DNA of 64,000 nucleotides from an uncultured Muribaculaceae bacterium (GCA_964458035.1 CAYWFZ010000004.1:361-64360), one strand, 5' to 3'; positions 50,190 to 60,379 are shown, counted from the stretch's first letter. Notes: generated by a model from the sequence alone, not told the origin. Numbers and translations: made by a program.

Positions 50190-51269
50190 TTACTTCCTCC
50201 AAAGTTTAAAGTAAACAAATATTAGTAAGCCAACTATAAAGAGTACTAAACCAACAATTACTACATATAAACTAGTCTTATCTTTTATTTCTTCACAATT
50301 TTCATTAGAACAAGTAAATAGGCTACTTGAAAACAACTGCATCGATTCTTCAGTAGTTTCATACACATAATAAACAAATTCACCCTTATTATTTAACACT
50401 CTTATTTTGTAATAACGATCCTCTAATTTCTCGCCCATCATAGTTTTATTTCCAACAGTAATAGCAGTTGCATTATCTATATCATTATCAATAAAATATT
50501 GCCTATTATTAATACTAAGTAAATTAACCTTATTTATAAACTTAGAAAGATTAGAATCGTATAAATAATAAATATCATCATCTGATCTTAACAAGTAATT
50601 ATCTTTAATTTTTAAGGCAGGATAATTAGTATTACCTATCTTTATATTAGTAATTGAAAATCCTTCTTGTTCTAAAGAAGAATCTAATTCTGTCTCTGAT
50701 AAATTAATTTCTTTATCGTTATAAGTAAACACGTCTTTTTTATCTACTGCTAAAGTTGTTGAGTTAGCTTTAATAGTTGTATTCTTCTGAGTATTTATTG
50801 TTGTACTTTTTTCAGCTGCTTTTGTCGATGTAGTGGGTCTCTTATTAGTCGTTACCTTTGCTGTTGATTTAGTTGTCGGTACTTTAGTAGTAGTTTTTGT
50901 AGTTGGTTCAGTTATTTCTTTCTTTTTTATTTCAACACTCAAATTCTTAGCTCCAGGAGAATAAAGATTACCATCACTATCGCTAAATCCTCTTTGTGGT
51001 GTAACTGTGATAGTAACTACTCCTGTATTTCCAGCACTACATGATATTGTCTTAGCTTTTTCTTCATACCATATAGAAGTGCTAGAACAATTTCCATTAT
51101 TAACTTTTATATCAACTCTTCCAACTGAATTTCCACTTAGTACAATATTAAATGTCCCATTTGGTTCTATTTGCTTACTTGATAAAGAGGCATTAAAAGA
51201 ACCAGCTGCATAAACATTAGAAGTAAGACATAACAACACTACAATTAAAACACTCATAAATTTTCTCAT
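50190..51269 (-). CDS. Secreted protein with Thr-rich linker and C-terminal transmembrane anchor (possible dockerin-binding anchor)
   Basis: 359 aa. Signal peptide (...SNVYA/AG), a ~95-aa beta-type N-domain, a T/K-rich linker, a ~170-aa domain, and a C-terminal TM LYVVIVGLVLFIVGLLIFVYF + KLWRK. The RBS for the downstream protease gene lies in its last codons. Confidence 0.7.
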   Translation of the reverse strand: MRKFMSVLIVVLLCLTSNVYAAGSFNASLSSKQIEPNGTFNIVLSGNSVGRVDIKVNNGNCSSTSIWYEEKAKTISCSAGNTGVVTITVTPQRGFSDSDGNLYSPGAKNLSVEIKKKEITEPTTKTTTKVPTTKSTAKVTTNKRPTTSTKAAEKSTTINTQKNTTIKANSTTLAVDKKDVFTYNDKEINLSETELDSSLEQEGFSITNIKIGNTNYPALKIKDNYLLRSDDDIYYLYDSNLSKFINKVNLLSINNRQYFIDNDIDNATAITVGNKTMMGEKLEDRYYKIRVLNNKGEFVYYVYETTEESMQLFSSSLFTCSNENCEEIKDKTSLYVVIVGLVLFIVGLLIFVYFKLWRK

Positions 51270-51342
51270 ATAATCACCCTTAAATTTAGTTTGAGTATAT
51301 CATGAGAAAAAGTTCAAGTAAAGAAAAAAAGAATTAGTAAAA

Positions 51343-52512
51343 CTAATTCTTTAATGTTAAATCTGTTGTTCTTTCTTTACCATCTCTTAAATAAGTAATT
51401 TTAACTTTATCACCTTTTTTAGATTTAAATAGATAATACTTTAAATGTTTAAAATCAGTTATTTCATAATCATCGTATTTAATAATTACATCGCCTGCTT
51501 TTAATCCTGCCCTTGAAGCATTAGAATCATCCATTACTTCAACAACCACTGCACCAGTTTTAACACTATCAGGTAAACTTATATTATTAGCAGCAGCTCC
51601 TGCAACATCTGTCATAGATACACCAAGTGTTGGTTTATCACTTGTATTTGTTGTTTTACCATTTTCAATATTAGATGCAACTTCTAAAGCATCTTCAATT
51701 GGAATAGCAAATCCAATATTTTCAATGCTTGTCTGCGAATATGAAGAAGACAATTTACTATTAGTAATACCTACAACTTCTCCATTACAGTTAGCTAATG
51801 GACCACCTGAATTACCTGAGTTAATTGATGCATCAATTTGTAAAAGTTTCATATACCATGAATCTGTACTCTTTTGTTCTCTATTGCCACCAAAGAAGCT
51901 ATAGCCATTTGAAGAAGATGAACTACTCTTCATTTCAACAAGTCTATTTTTTCCACTAAGAATACCTCTAGTAACAGTAAAAGAATAATCTAAACTAACA
52001 GGTGTACCGATAGCAAAAACTGTATCTCCTACCCTTAATTTTTCTGATTCACCAATTTCAGCAACTTCAAGAACTGAAGAAGCATCTATTTTAAGTACTG
52101 CAACATCAGCAAATTCATCACTACCAACTAATGTTGAATCAACAACTGTTCCATTGCTCATTTCAACTCCAATATCACGAGCTCCATCAATAACATGATG
52201 ATTAGTTAAAATATAAGCATCATTATTTTCTTTTTTATATACAAATCCACTTCCCCATCCAGAAATAGATTTTCCGTCCTTTGATACTTTAACTATAACA
52301 GTTGCATCATATAGCTTATCAACTGCATCAGCTATACCTTCATCCGTTACCGTTACCTCTTTTGATACTTTTTCTTGTACCTTAGTTTGAGTATTAAAAA
52401 TATCGCTTAAAGGAACATAGTTTAATACAACTCCAATACCAGCAATCACTACTAAGATAATTATTGCTGTAACAACTAAAGCCTGAATTCCATTATTTTT
52501 CTTATTTTCCAT
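51343..52512 (-). CDS. htrA: HtrA/DegP-family serine protease (trypsin-like + PDZ), membrane-anchored
   Basis: 389 aa with an N-terminal TM, a catalytic pattern including TNHHV, D and GNSGGPL, and a C-terminal PDZ. A hairpin terminator overlaps the stop. Confidence 0.9.
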   Translation of the reverse strand: MENKKNNGIQALVVTAIIILVVIAGIGVVLNYVPLSDIFNTQTKVQEKVSKEVTVTDEGIADAVDKLYDATVIVKVSKDGKSISGWGSGFVYKKENNDAYILTNHHVIDGARDIGVEMSNGTVVDSTLVGSDEFADVAVLKIDASSVLEVAEIGESEKLRVGDTVFAIGTPVSLDYSFTVTRGILSGKNRLVEMKSSSSSSNGYSFFGGNREQKSTDSWYMKLLQIDASINSGNSGGPLANCNGEVVGITNSKLSSSYSQTSIENIGFAIPIEDALEVASNIENGKTTNTSDKPTLGVSMTDVAGAAANNISLPDSVKTGAVVVEVMDDSNASRAGLKAGDVIIKYDDYEITDFKHLKYYLFKSKKGDKVKITYLRDGKERTTDLTLKN

Positions 52513-52522
52513 AATCTTCCTC

Positions 52523-53452
52523 CTAGTCTTCTAAAAGCATTTTATAGTTTGTTGGAAATCCCATTCTATCATATACACTATCAATAGATATTGTTTCTAA
52601 CCTACCGGATAATTTATCAAGTTCATACGAAACTTCATTAACAAACATTCTAAAATCATCTTTAGATAACATATACTTAAATATTATTACTACTGAAAAT
52701 AAATCTCCTTTACCATATATATATTCATCATTTATACGTGGTATATTAAGTCTTTCATGATATTTATTATCAGGAATAAATTTTTGCGTTCTGTGTTCAA
52801 ATAAAATATCTTCATGGGCACATAAATTACGATAATTTGAAAGTATAGGTAAAAAAACAGAAAGGTTATTATTATCAACATTAAACTCTTTAGCAATTTC
52901 CTTTTGGTCTGATAATTTCATTATAGTATAAAGCTCACTTGTTATACCAAACGATAAAACTTTAACTACAATCCAAAGTGGAATATAACCATAATTATTG
53001 ATGTAGTGTTTAGTGGCTTCATGTTGTCCACCATTAACTCTTATCTGTCTTTTCATCTTTTTCAAAAGATCGTTAACTTGTCTTTGCTTTTCTGGTGCCT
53101 GATTATAATTAGACGGTCTTAAATAATCGCTTTCTTTATAACCATATTTTTGTGATAGGGTATAAGAAAATATACTCTTACAGTTATTTTCTATTATTAA
53201 GATATTTTTAAACATTATATTTCTAAGTTGTCTATCAAAATAGAAAAGCGAATATAATTCTTTAAATGTTGTACCAGCCATAAATTGTTTAGGATTTTCA
53301 CTATCCATGAATAAATGCCTATAGCCCATTAAGAAGAAATAATTTTCTCTTAAGATTACATCTTTAGCATAGTCAATATCATCAATAACTAAACCCTTAC
53401 CCTTTAAGATTTGGATTTGTTCATCTAAAGTCTTAAATATCTTAGTCCCCAT
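52523..53452 (-). CDS. Abi-like (Abi_2/AbiD-F type) abortive-infection family protein
   Basis: 309 aa. The N-terminus KTLDEQIQILKGKGLVIDDIDYAKDVILRENYFFLMGYRHLF matches the Abi_2 family pattern. Own extended -10 (TGGTAAAAT). Its stop overlaps the htrA RBS. Confidence 0.75.
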   Translation of the reverse strand: MGTKIFKTLDEQIQILKGKGLVIDDIDYAKDVILRENYFFLMGYRHLFMDSENPKQFMAGTTFKELYSLFYFDRQLRNIMFKNILIIENNCKSIFSYTLSQKYGYKESDYLRPSNYNQAPEKQRQVNDLLKKMKRQIRVNGGQHEATKHYINNYGYIPLWIVVKVLSFGITSELYTIMKLSDQKEIAKEFNVDNNNLSVFLPILSNYRNLCAHEDILFEHRTQKFIPDNKYHERLNIPRINDEYIYGKGDLFSVVIIFKYMLSKDDFRMFVNEVSYELDKLSGRLETISIDSVYDRMGFPTNYKMLLED

Positions 53453-53539
53453 ATTTTATTCACCTATTATTGATTTTACCACATCTCACACTAAAAATAT
53501 ATAACTTAAATATGAAATAATCATGAAAAAAAGAAAAAA

Positions 53540-53932
53540 CTATGCAGCTTTTCCTTCTTGGTAATTCAATGTTAAATTTTTAACATTATTGACTTCGTTT
53601 GCAATTGACTCTGCTTTTTCTTCTACCGCTTCAACACTTGGACCATTACTTAATGTAGCATTTTCCATTTCAAGATAAGCAGTTAAAGCCTCTTTATAAT
53701 TTGCAAGTCTTATTACTTGTCCCTTTAATCTAGAAAGAAAATCTAAAGCTATCTTAGCATAACCAGACCTAACTATTTCAACAATAGACATTTCACAGAA
53801 TGTATTAAATATTCTATCACAATTAGCACAAAGTTTCTCAAAGACTGATACGTTAGATTTTCCTTCTAATTTATCTAATACTAAATCAACACCATCAAGT
53901 TCTTTAATAATTGAATCTAACTTCTCTTTCAT
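53540..53932 (-). CDS. Small helical hypothetical protein (130 aa)
   Basis: Clean ORF with no motif. Confidence 0.55.
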   Translation of the reverse strand: MKEKLDSIIKELDGVDLVLDKLEGKSNVSVFEKLCANCDRIFNTFCEMSIVEIVRSGYAKIALDFLSRLKGQVIRLANYKEALTAYLEMENATLSNGPSVEAVEEKAESIANEVNNVKNLTLNYQEGKAA

Positions 53933-54025
53933 AAGTTCACCTCAGTTTATTTTATTATAACAAGTATTTTTTAAATTATGTGAATACACTAAATAATTTT
54001 GCATTTTATTTACAAAAAAAAAGAC

Positions 54026-54475
54026 TTATTTAAAGCCTAATTCTTTTACTAATTTATTCATTAATTTTTCTTGATCAGCGGGACTTTCTATTGCAATGTA
54101 AGAATCTTCTATCCAACCAACAAAATAATAGTTTTCGGAATCTGTTACAATTAAATATGTCCAGTTATCTCCACCATTATCTTCTTTTTTATAATCCGCT
54201 TCCACTTTATTATAAATATTTTTACATTCATCTAAAAAAATTCCTTGAATATCATATTTTTTATTGCCTTTAACATAATTAGCTTTTACTTGTCCTTTTA
54301 CTCCATATAAAGCTCTATCTGCATAACCAACTTGATCTGTAGTGTCATATACATCAAAATTGGCATTTTCTAATACACTTTGTATTTCACTTGGGTCTTT
54401 TGAAGTTTTAGTTCCACCACAACCACATAGTAAAACTACAACTAATAAAGACATTATTACATATTTAAATTTCAT
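54026..54475 (-). CDS. Lipoprotein (149 aa)
   Basis: Signal peptide with lipobox LLCGC. Confidence 0.7.
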   Translation of the reverse strand: MKFKYVIMSLLVVVLLCGCGGTKTSKDPSEIQSVLENANFDVYDTTDQVGYADRALYGVKGQVKANYVKGNKKYDIQGIFLDECKNIYNKVEADYKKEDNGGDNWTYLIVTDSENYYFVGWIEDSYIAIESPADQEKLMNKLVKELGFK

Positions 54476-54491
54476 AGTCTACCACTCCTAC

Positions 54492-55325
54492 TTAAAAAGA
54501 TTTTCTATTGATTACATCATAAGTATCACATATTGCAACAAATGCATCTGGATCAATTATTTTTATTCCTTCTTTTAATTTATAATAATCTTTAGTATCA
54601 ATTACTGTCAAGAATATTTGATTTTTCTTCTTAGAAAATCCTCCTTTAACATCTAACACAGTAAGTTCATATTTCAAGTCATGTATAATATAATGCTTAA
54701 CTTCTTTATCTTTACTAGTTATTACATAAAACATCTTAGAATCATTTATTCCAAATCTTGTCTTAGTAATCATATATTTAGAAATAAATATAATAATCAT
54801 CGAATAAAGAGTTATTTGATAACCAAACATAACAAGCGATATAGCAAGTAAAACCACATCAATAATCCATGAATAAATCTTACTATGAAATTTAGTTAAT
54901 TTACCTAACATCTCTTCAATTAAATATACAACACTTGCACTAGATCCTTGTTTATATATAAAACTATAGCCAAAACCTGTAATAAATCCAGCAACAATTA
55001 TAACAAGTAGCATCTCAGGTAAAGATATTACAAAAGATGATGATAAAAACGAAAATAAATAAACAAATATTGGTATCATGATTGAAGGTAATAAATATTC
55101 TTTAATAATGGAATAATCTAAAACAAGGGAAGAAATAAGAATACCCCCTATATTTAATAGTAAGATATTAATTCCAGGATTAACACCATTTAAATAATAT
55201 AACATTGTTGCAATACCATTAATACCAAATGTTAGCATATTATTTGGAATAACTATAAAATCTATTGCAAAAGCAATTAAAGCACATCCAAATAAAATAT
55301 TTATATATTTAATTCCTTTCTTCAT
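54492..55325 (-). CDS. YitT family membrane protein (DUF2179 C-terminal domain)
   Basis: 277 aa, 5-6 TM, plus a C-terminal soluble domain with a YVITSKD...LTVLDVKGGFSKKK...DPDAFV pattern. Confidence 0.75.
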   Translation of the reverse strand: MKKGIKYINILFGCALIAFAIDFIVIPNNMLTFGINGIATMLYYLNGVNPGINILLLNIGGILISSLVLDYSIIKEYLLPSIMIPIFVYLFSFLSSSFVISLPEMLLVIIVAGFITGFGYSFIYKQGSSASVVYLIEEMLGKLTKFHSKIYSWIIDVVLLAISLVMFGYQITLYSMIIIFISKYMITKTRFGINDSKMFYVITSKDKEVKHYIIHDLKYELTVLDVKGGFSKKKNQIFLTVIDTKDYYKLKEGIKIIDPDAFVAICDTYDVINRKSF

Positions 55326-55329
55326 AGCA

Positions 55330-56425
55330 TCACCTTTTCATTCTCAAAACAGATTCAATAAATGGATAAATATCTCCATCTAAAACATTTTTATAGTTAG
55401 AATTCTCATATCCGCTTCTAACGTCTTTAACTAAACTATAAGGCTCTAATACATAATTTCTAATTTGACTACCAAAATCAATATTAGCACTACCCTTTAA
55501 ATCATTTATCTCTTTATTTCTTTTTTCTACTTCAATACTCTTTAATTTATTCTTTAAAATACTCATAGCTATCTCTTTATTTTTAATCTGGCTTCTCTCA
55601 TTTTGAACAGTTACAACAATACCAGTTGGTATATGAGTAATTCTTACAGCTGAATCAGTTGTATTAACACCCTGACCACCATTACCACTGCTTCTATATA
55701 CATCAACTCTAATATCAGAATCACTTATCTCAATATCTCCAAGGCTTTCAAATTCTGGTGTAACATTTACTGCCGCAAATGATGTTTGTCTTTTACCAGC
55801 TGCATTAAAGGGTGAAATGCGCACCAATCTATGAACGCCAATCTCACACTTTAAATATCCATAAGCATGATCTCCTGTAACATAAATTAATACACTTTTT
55901 ATACCAGCCTCATCACCTAAAGATTTTTCTATAATATTATACTTAAATCCAAATTTATCAAAAAACATCGTGTACATTCTAAGCAACATATTAGCCCAAT
56001 CTTGAGCTTCTGTTCCCCCAGCTCCTGGGTGTATCTCTAGATAACAATTACTATTATCAAACTCACCATCTAAAAGAGTATTAACTTCTAGTGTATCAAG
56101 TCTATTTTTTATCTCATGATACTCTAATTCTAAATTAGAAAGCATCTCATCATCATTCTCATTTTTTAACATATCAAGCATTTCCAAATTAGCAGTTATA
56201 GAATCATTTAAATAATTATATTCATCTAGTACTTTAGTAACACTTGCAAGCTCTTGGTTTATTTTATTTGCATTAGTTGTATCATTCCAAAAATTAACAT
56301 CTTGAGTTTTACTCATCAGTTCGCTTTTTTGTGATTTTAGACTATCTAAGTCAAAGTGACCTCCCAATTGCAATAATAGAAGTTTTAAGATTATTAAAAA
56401 CATTTTCTAATTCATTAATATTCAT
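55330..56425 (-). CDS. prfB: Peptide chain release factor 2, with programmed +1 ribosomal frameshift
   Basis: ORF0 is ATG 56425 ... MNINELENVFNNLKTSIIAIGRSL then TGA (56351-56353). The slippery CTT TGA C site is preceded by the SD-like GGGAGG. The +1 frame continues DLDSLKS... and contains SPF and GGQ motifs (RSSGNGGQGVNTTDSAVR). Confidence 0.95.
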
Positions 56426-56490
56426 AAGTATCACCTATCATTATTTTACCATGAAATAAATTATTACAAAAGAAAAAACCATTAAATGGT

Positions 56491-57075
56491 TTATCTTCTT
56501 TCTAACTTTCTAACCGTACTTTCTAAATACTCATCATATTCACTTCTTTTAAGTTCACTCTGTTTAAAATTTATTGCTTCTCCAAATGTAATATTTAAAG
56601 TCGAAAATGGCATATAAGACCCACTAATACCAAAAGGCACAATAGGAGAATTTGCAAGTACAGATATTTTGGATACTCCAGGTTTAAACGGAACAGAAGC
56701 TGTTATCTTATGAGTTTTTCCTTCTGGAAATATTACAACTTTTTCTTTTGCTTTAATCAAAGCTAAAACATTTTTAACAGCACCTATATCTAGATTATTT
56801 GGATCAATCGGAAATGTACCAATAGTTCTAAAAAACTTTTCCCAGGACTTATATCTATAAAGTTTTTTATCAACCATAAATCTTAGGTTTTCATCAATTA
56901 ATGCAAGAAGTAACCAGGAATCCAAAATATTTAAATGATTACCTGCAAGAATATATGAACCATCATCTGGAATGTTTTCTAATCCAGAAGCATTTATAGT
57001 ATAAAAAGAGTTCATAAACCATACAACAAATGATCTAAACTTTTTATAAAATTCTACATCGTATAATTCGTCCAT
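56491..57075 (-). CDS. plsC: 1-acyl-sn-glycerol-3-phosphate acyltransferase (PlsC family)
   Basis: HX4D motif AGNHLNILD and FPEGK. The likely start is MDELYD at 57075 (AGGGGA upstream). Confidence 0.8.
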   Translation of the reverse strand: MDELYDVEFYKKFRSFVVWFMNSFYTINASGLENIPDDGSYILAGNHLNILDSWLLLALIDENLRFMVDKKLYRYKSWEKFFRTIGTFPIDPNNLDIGAVKNVLALIKAKEKVVIFPEGKTHKITASVPFKPGVSKISVLANSPIVPFGISGSYMPFSTLNITFGEAINFKQSELKRSEYDEYLESTVRKLERR

Positions 57076-57151
57076 TACAAATTCCCCTTTCTTTAAGGGA
57101 GTATTATAACACACTTTTTTTATTTTGCCAAAAACACCAAATATAACTCAC

Positions 57152-57979
57152 TCAAGAATTAATGAGTTTCTTTATTGAAACACTAGAAATTTTTTCTCTA
57201 ACAACACGTGCATTCCCTTCATAACTTACATCCATTTTCCAAGAAACTAAATTTAAATAACCATGTTCAATCTCAATAGCAGTTATACCATTTGGATGAA
57301 CACACGAACCGGTATTTGCATAAAGTTGATTCTTATTCAAACTTGGTTTATGGGTATGTCCTGAAATAACTATTACATTCTTGCTCTTAGAAAACTTAAT
57401 TAATTCATTATGGGTATGCTCTGATATTTTATTATTCTTCGCTGCACTAGTTGGATCATTTATCCCAAATCTTTCTAAATATTTCCAGACATACTTAACC
57501 ATAAATTTAGAAATAAAGGCAAGTTTTGAATTCATTATATCTACTTGATGTCCATGAATCAAAAAAATACTAATTCCTTCATAATTTAAAATCAAAGACT
57601 CATAGACTTCTAAGTTTTTTAAATATTTATTATAAATTTTTTTATTAATAATTTTATTTAAGTCATGATTACCTACAATCATATAAAGTCTATCTTGCTT
57701 ATAAAAGTTATCTAAAATCTTATAACTTGACTTATGTGAATCAATAATATGCTCAATATCATCAACTTCCCATAATTCATCTCCATCTCCTAATTCAATA
57801 TAAGTATATCCATTTTTAAAATATTGTTTTAATGCTCCGTTAAATATAACTTCATTCTTCAAAAAATTATCTTCGTTATTGCCATCTCCCCTATGACAAT
57901 CGCTCATAATAACTATTCTACTATTCTTATCAATATCAATTGCTTTTGATGAAGAAAATAATTTATCAATTCTCTTCAT
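57152..57979 (-). CDS. Calcineurin-like metallophosphoesterase
   Basis: Motifs SDCHRGDG, GDGDELWE, GNHD, HGH and GHTH. Start MKRIDK at 57979. Confidence 0.8.
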   Translation of the reverse strand: MKRIDKLFSSSKAIDIDKNSRIVIMSDCHRGDGNNEDNFLKNEVIFNGALKQYFKNGYTYIELGDGDELWEVDDIEHIIDSHKSSYKILDNFYKQDRLYMIVGNHDLNKIINKKIYNKYLKNLEVYESLILNYEGISIFLIHGHQVDIMNSKLAFISKFMVKYVWKYLERFGINDPTSAAKNNKISEHTHNELIKFSKSKNVIVISGHTHKPSLNKNQLYANTGSCVHPNGITAIEIEHGYLNLVSWKMDVSYEGNARVVREKISSVSIKKLINS

Positions 57980-58805
57980 AAGTATCACCAAACAACTTAT
58001 CTACTATCTTTGAGACTAAAATAAATTCATTATTATTAGAATCATCCACACCATTATTATCTAAATGGTTTTTTAAATATTTTGAATAAACTTTAACTTT
58101 CTTCTTATTAGATTTCTGTGCTACATATTCTCGCAATAAAGTCCTTGTAAATACCTTTTTAGTTTTTGGTTTTTTAAAAGAAAATATAAAAGTACTTCCA
58201 ATGACTTTATAATCATTTCCCTTATATCCAAGATTCCTAAATCCTTTTAGAAATGAATTTAAGAATTCTTCATCTGGAAAAGTAATCCATATGTCCATAG
58301 TTAAATCCTTAGGCTTAGAAAACATACCCAATTTAAAAGCAGCAAGCCACCATGTTTTATTTTTAACATCAATTATTTTTTCATCTTTATTGTATAATTC
58401 AAAACTCATACTTATATCCGTATCACACTTTTCATAAATTGTTTTACTATTTACTAATTCATCCTTTGTTCTATAAATTCCTACTTCAGCTCCAGTAACC
58501 ATTCCATACTGGCCTTTCCAAAATGCAATCAAATAATTATAATCTTTATGTTTAAAATAGATTGATTCCGTATCAATAATTACATTTACAAGTGGAGCTA
58601 GAACATCATAAATATGACCATAACCAAAATTTCGTTGCCAAGAATCTTCTACAGCGATAAACATATCATTTTTAAAATCATATTTAAATCCAGCAAATGT
58701 TAAACCATCATAAGAAATCTTCCCATATTTTTTTACTAAAAATGAAAAAATCAAACTTACTACTACATAAATAATATATATAATTAATAAACAGACAATA
58801 ATCAT
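57966..58805 (-). CDS. Membrane-anchored protein, DUF4474-like (family assignment from memory, uncertain)
   Basis: 279 aa with an N-terminal TM. The core WQRNFGYGHIYDVLAPL...YLIAFWKGQYGMVTGAEVGIY resembles DUF4474. Overlaps the downstream phosphoesterase start by 14 nt. Confidence 0.55.
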   Translation of the reverse strand: MIIVCLLIIYIIYVVVSLIFSFLVKKYGKISYDGLTFAGFKYDFKNDMFIAVEDSWQRNFGYGHIYDVLAPLVNVIIDTESIYFKHKDYNYLIAFWKGQYGMVTGAEVGIYRTKDELVNSKTIYEKCDTDISMSFELYNKDEKIIDVKNKTWWLAAFKLGMFSKPKDLTMDIWITFPDEEFLNSFLKGFRNLGYKGNDYKVIGSTFIFSFKKPKTKKVFTRTLLREYVAQKSNKKKVKVYSKYLKNHLDNNGVDDSNNNEFILVSKIVDKLFGDTYEEN

Positions 58806-58879
58806 TCTATCACCCCAATATATAATATGTTATACATTTCTTCTTGTTTAGGGCAGAAAAAAAGATGAATTTAATCATC

Positions 58880-60379
58880 TTACATTAAAGGAGCAAATAG
58901 TCTTAAGATAGTCTGCCAAATAGCTTTTATAAGTGATGGCTTTACTTCTTTCTTACTTAGTTCATGTGACACATCAAAAGTATCTTCAAAATCCTTTTTT
59001 ATATCTTTTAGTACACTATTATTTTCTAAATAAACACCACATTCAAAATGGAGATATAAACTTCTATAATCCAAATTAAGTGTGCCAACCGTTGCAACTA
59101 TATCATCACTCAAAAACATTTTTGCATGTACAAATCCGGGAGTATATTTATAAACTTTAACACCACCATCAACTAACAATTGCAAATATGATTCTGATAG
59201 AGTATAAACTATTTTCTTATCTGGAATCCCTGGAATAATTATTCTTACATCAACTCCTCTTTTAGCAGCAAGCACTAACGAATTAATCATATCCGTATCT
59301 ATAATTAAATATGGAGTCATTATATAAAGATATTTATTTGCTTGATTAATAATATTTAAATAAATATCTTCACCGACAATCTCACCATCTAAAGGAGTTT
59401 CTCCATATGGAGATACAAATCCATCTTTTTTTATAGTATCTTTAAAATCATACTTATAGATAGAATAATCTTTATCAACTTTTTTATATGCATTCCACAT
59501 AGTTAAAAAGAGAACAGTAAAATTAAATACTCCATCACCCACCACCTTAATTGCATTATCTTTCCAATGTCCATAAAGTTGCTTTTTATTAATATATTCA
59601 TCACTTATATTTATACCGCCAGAAAATGCAACTTTACCATCTATAACTATTATTTTTCTGTGATCGCGATTATTCATGATTACACCAGAAAGAGGATTGA
59701 GTTTATTAAAAACTACACACTCAATACCTTTAGATTCTAAATACTCATCATAGCCTTTTTTTAGAGTTGATATACAACCTGCATCATCATATATCACTCT
59801 TACCTTTACTCCTGTTGCAGCTTTTTCTTCTAATATTTTTAAAATAGAATCCCACATAACTCCATTATTAATAATAAAGTATTCTAGAAAAATAAACCTT
59901 GTTGCACGCTTTAATTCTTCAAGAATAACTGGATAAGCATCTTCTCCTAGTTTAAAATATTCTACTTCATTTCTATCTGTAACGGGAAAGTGAGCAAAAT
60001 CACTTATATATCTAAGCCTACTATTATCTATAAATTCATTTCTTATTTTTTCATCCTGTATTAAATACTTTTCTGATCTCTTTTCTGACTCCTTAACTCG
60101 TTTCAATAAGCGACTATTATGTTTATTTTGTTCAAGAATAACATACATGATCGTTCCAGTAAGAGGAAACAATATTAAAATAATAATCCATGGTAAAGTA
60201 CAAGAATAATTTTTGCTATTTCTAATAAGTCCTAAAAATAAAATTATTCTAATAAATGTATAAAAAAGATCAACAATAAATAACTTTTCAATTAACAAAA
60301 GATTAATTAATAAAGTAATAAGCAATTGTAGCAATACACCTAATCCTACAACAATACCTCTTTTAATAGCATACTTCAT
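58880..60379 (-). CDS. cls: Cardiolipin synthase
   Basis: 499 aa with N-terminal TMs and two HKD motifs (DHRKIIVIDG, VHAKMFLSDD). A hairpin terminator lies downstream (AAGATGA/TCATCTT plus T7). Confidence 0.92.
   Translation of the reverse strand: MKYAIKRGIVVGLGVLLQLLITLLINLLLIEKLFIVDLFYTFIRIILFLGLIRNSKNYSCTLPWIIILILFPLTGTIMYVILEQNKHNSRLLKRVKESEKRSEKYLIQDEKIRNEFIDNSRLRYISDFAHFPVTDRNEVEYFKLGEDAYPVILEELKRATRFIFLEYFIINNGVMWDSILKILEEKAATGVKVRVIYDDAGCISTLKKGYDEYLESKGIECVVFNKLNPLSGVIMNNRDHRKIIVIDGKVAFSGGINISDEYINKKQLYGHWKDNAIKVVGDGVFNFTVLFLTMWNAYKKVDKDYSIYKYDFKDTIKKDGFVSPYGETPLDGEIVGEDIYLNIINQANKYLYIMTPYLIIDTDMINSLVLAAKRGVDVRIIIPGIPDKKIVYTLSESYLQLLVDGGVKVYKYTPGFVHAKMFLSDDIVATVGTLNLDYRSLYLHFECGVYLENNSVLKDIKKDFEDTFDVSHELSKKEVKPSLIKAIWQTILRLFAPLM

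Noticed and set aside
58806-58879. AT-rich palindromic stretch upstream of the DUF4474-like gene as a possible dif/XerCD site
   Set aside because: The match to my recollection of the Firmicutes dif consensus is poor, and the window looks origin-proximal rather than terminus-proximal. The hairpin there is adequately explained as the cls terminator.
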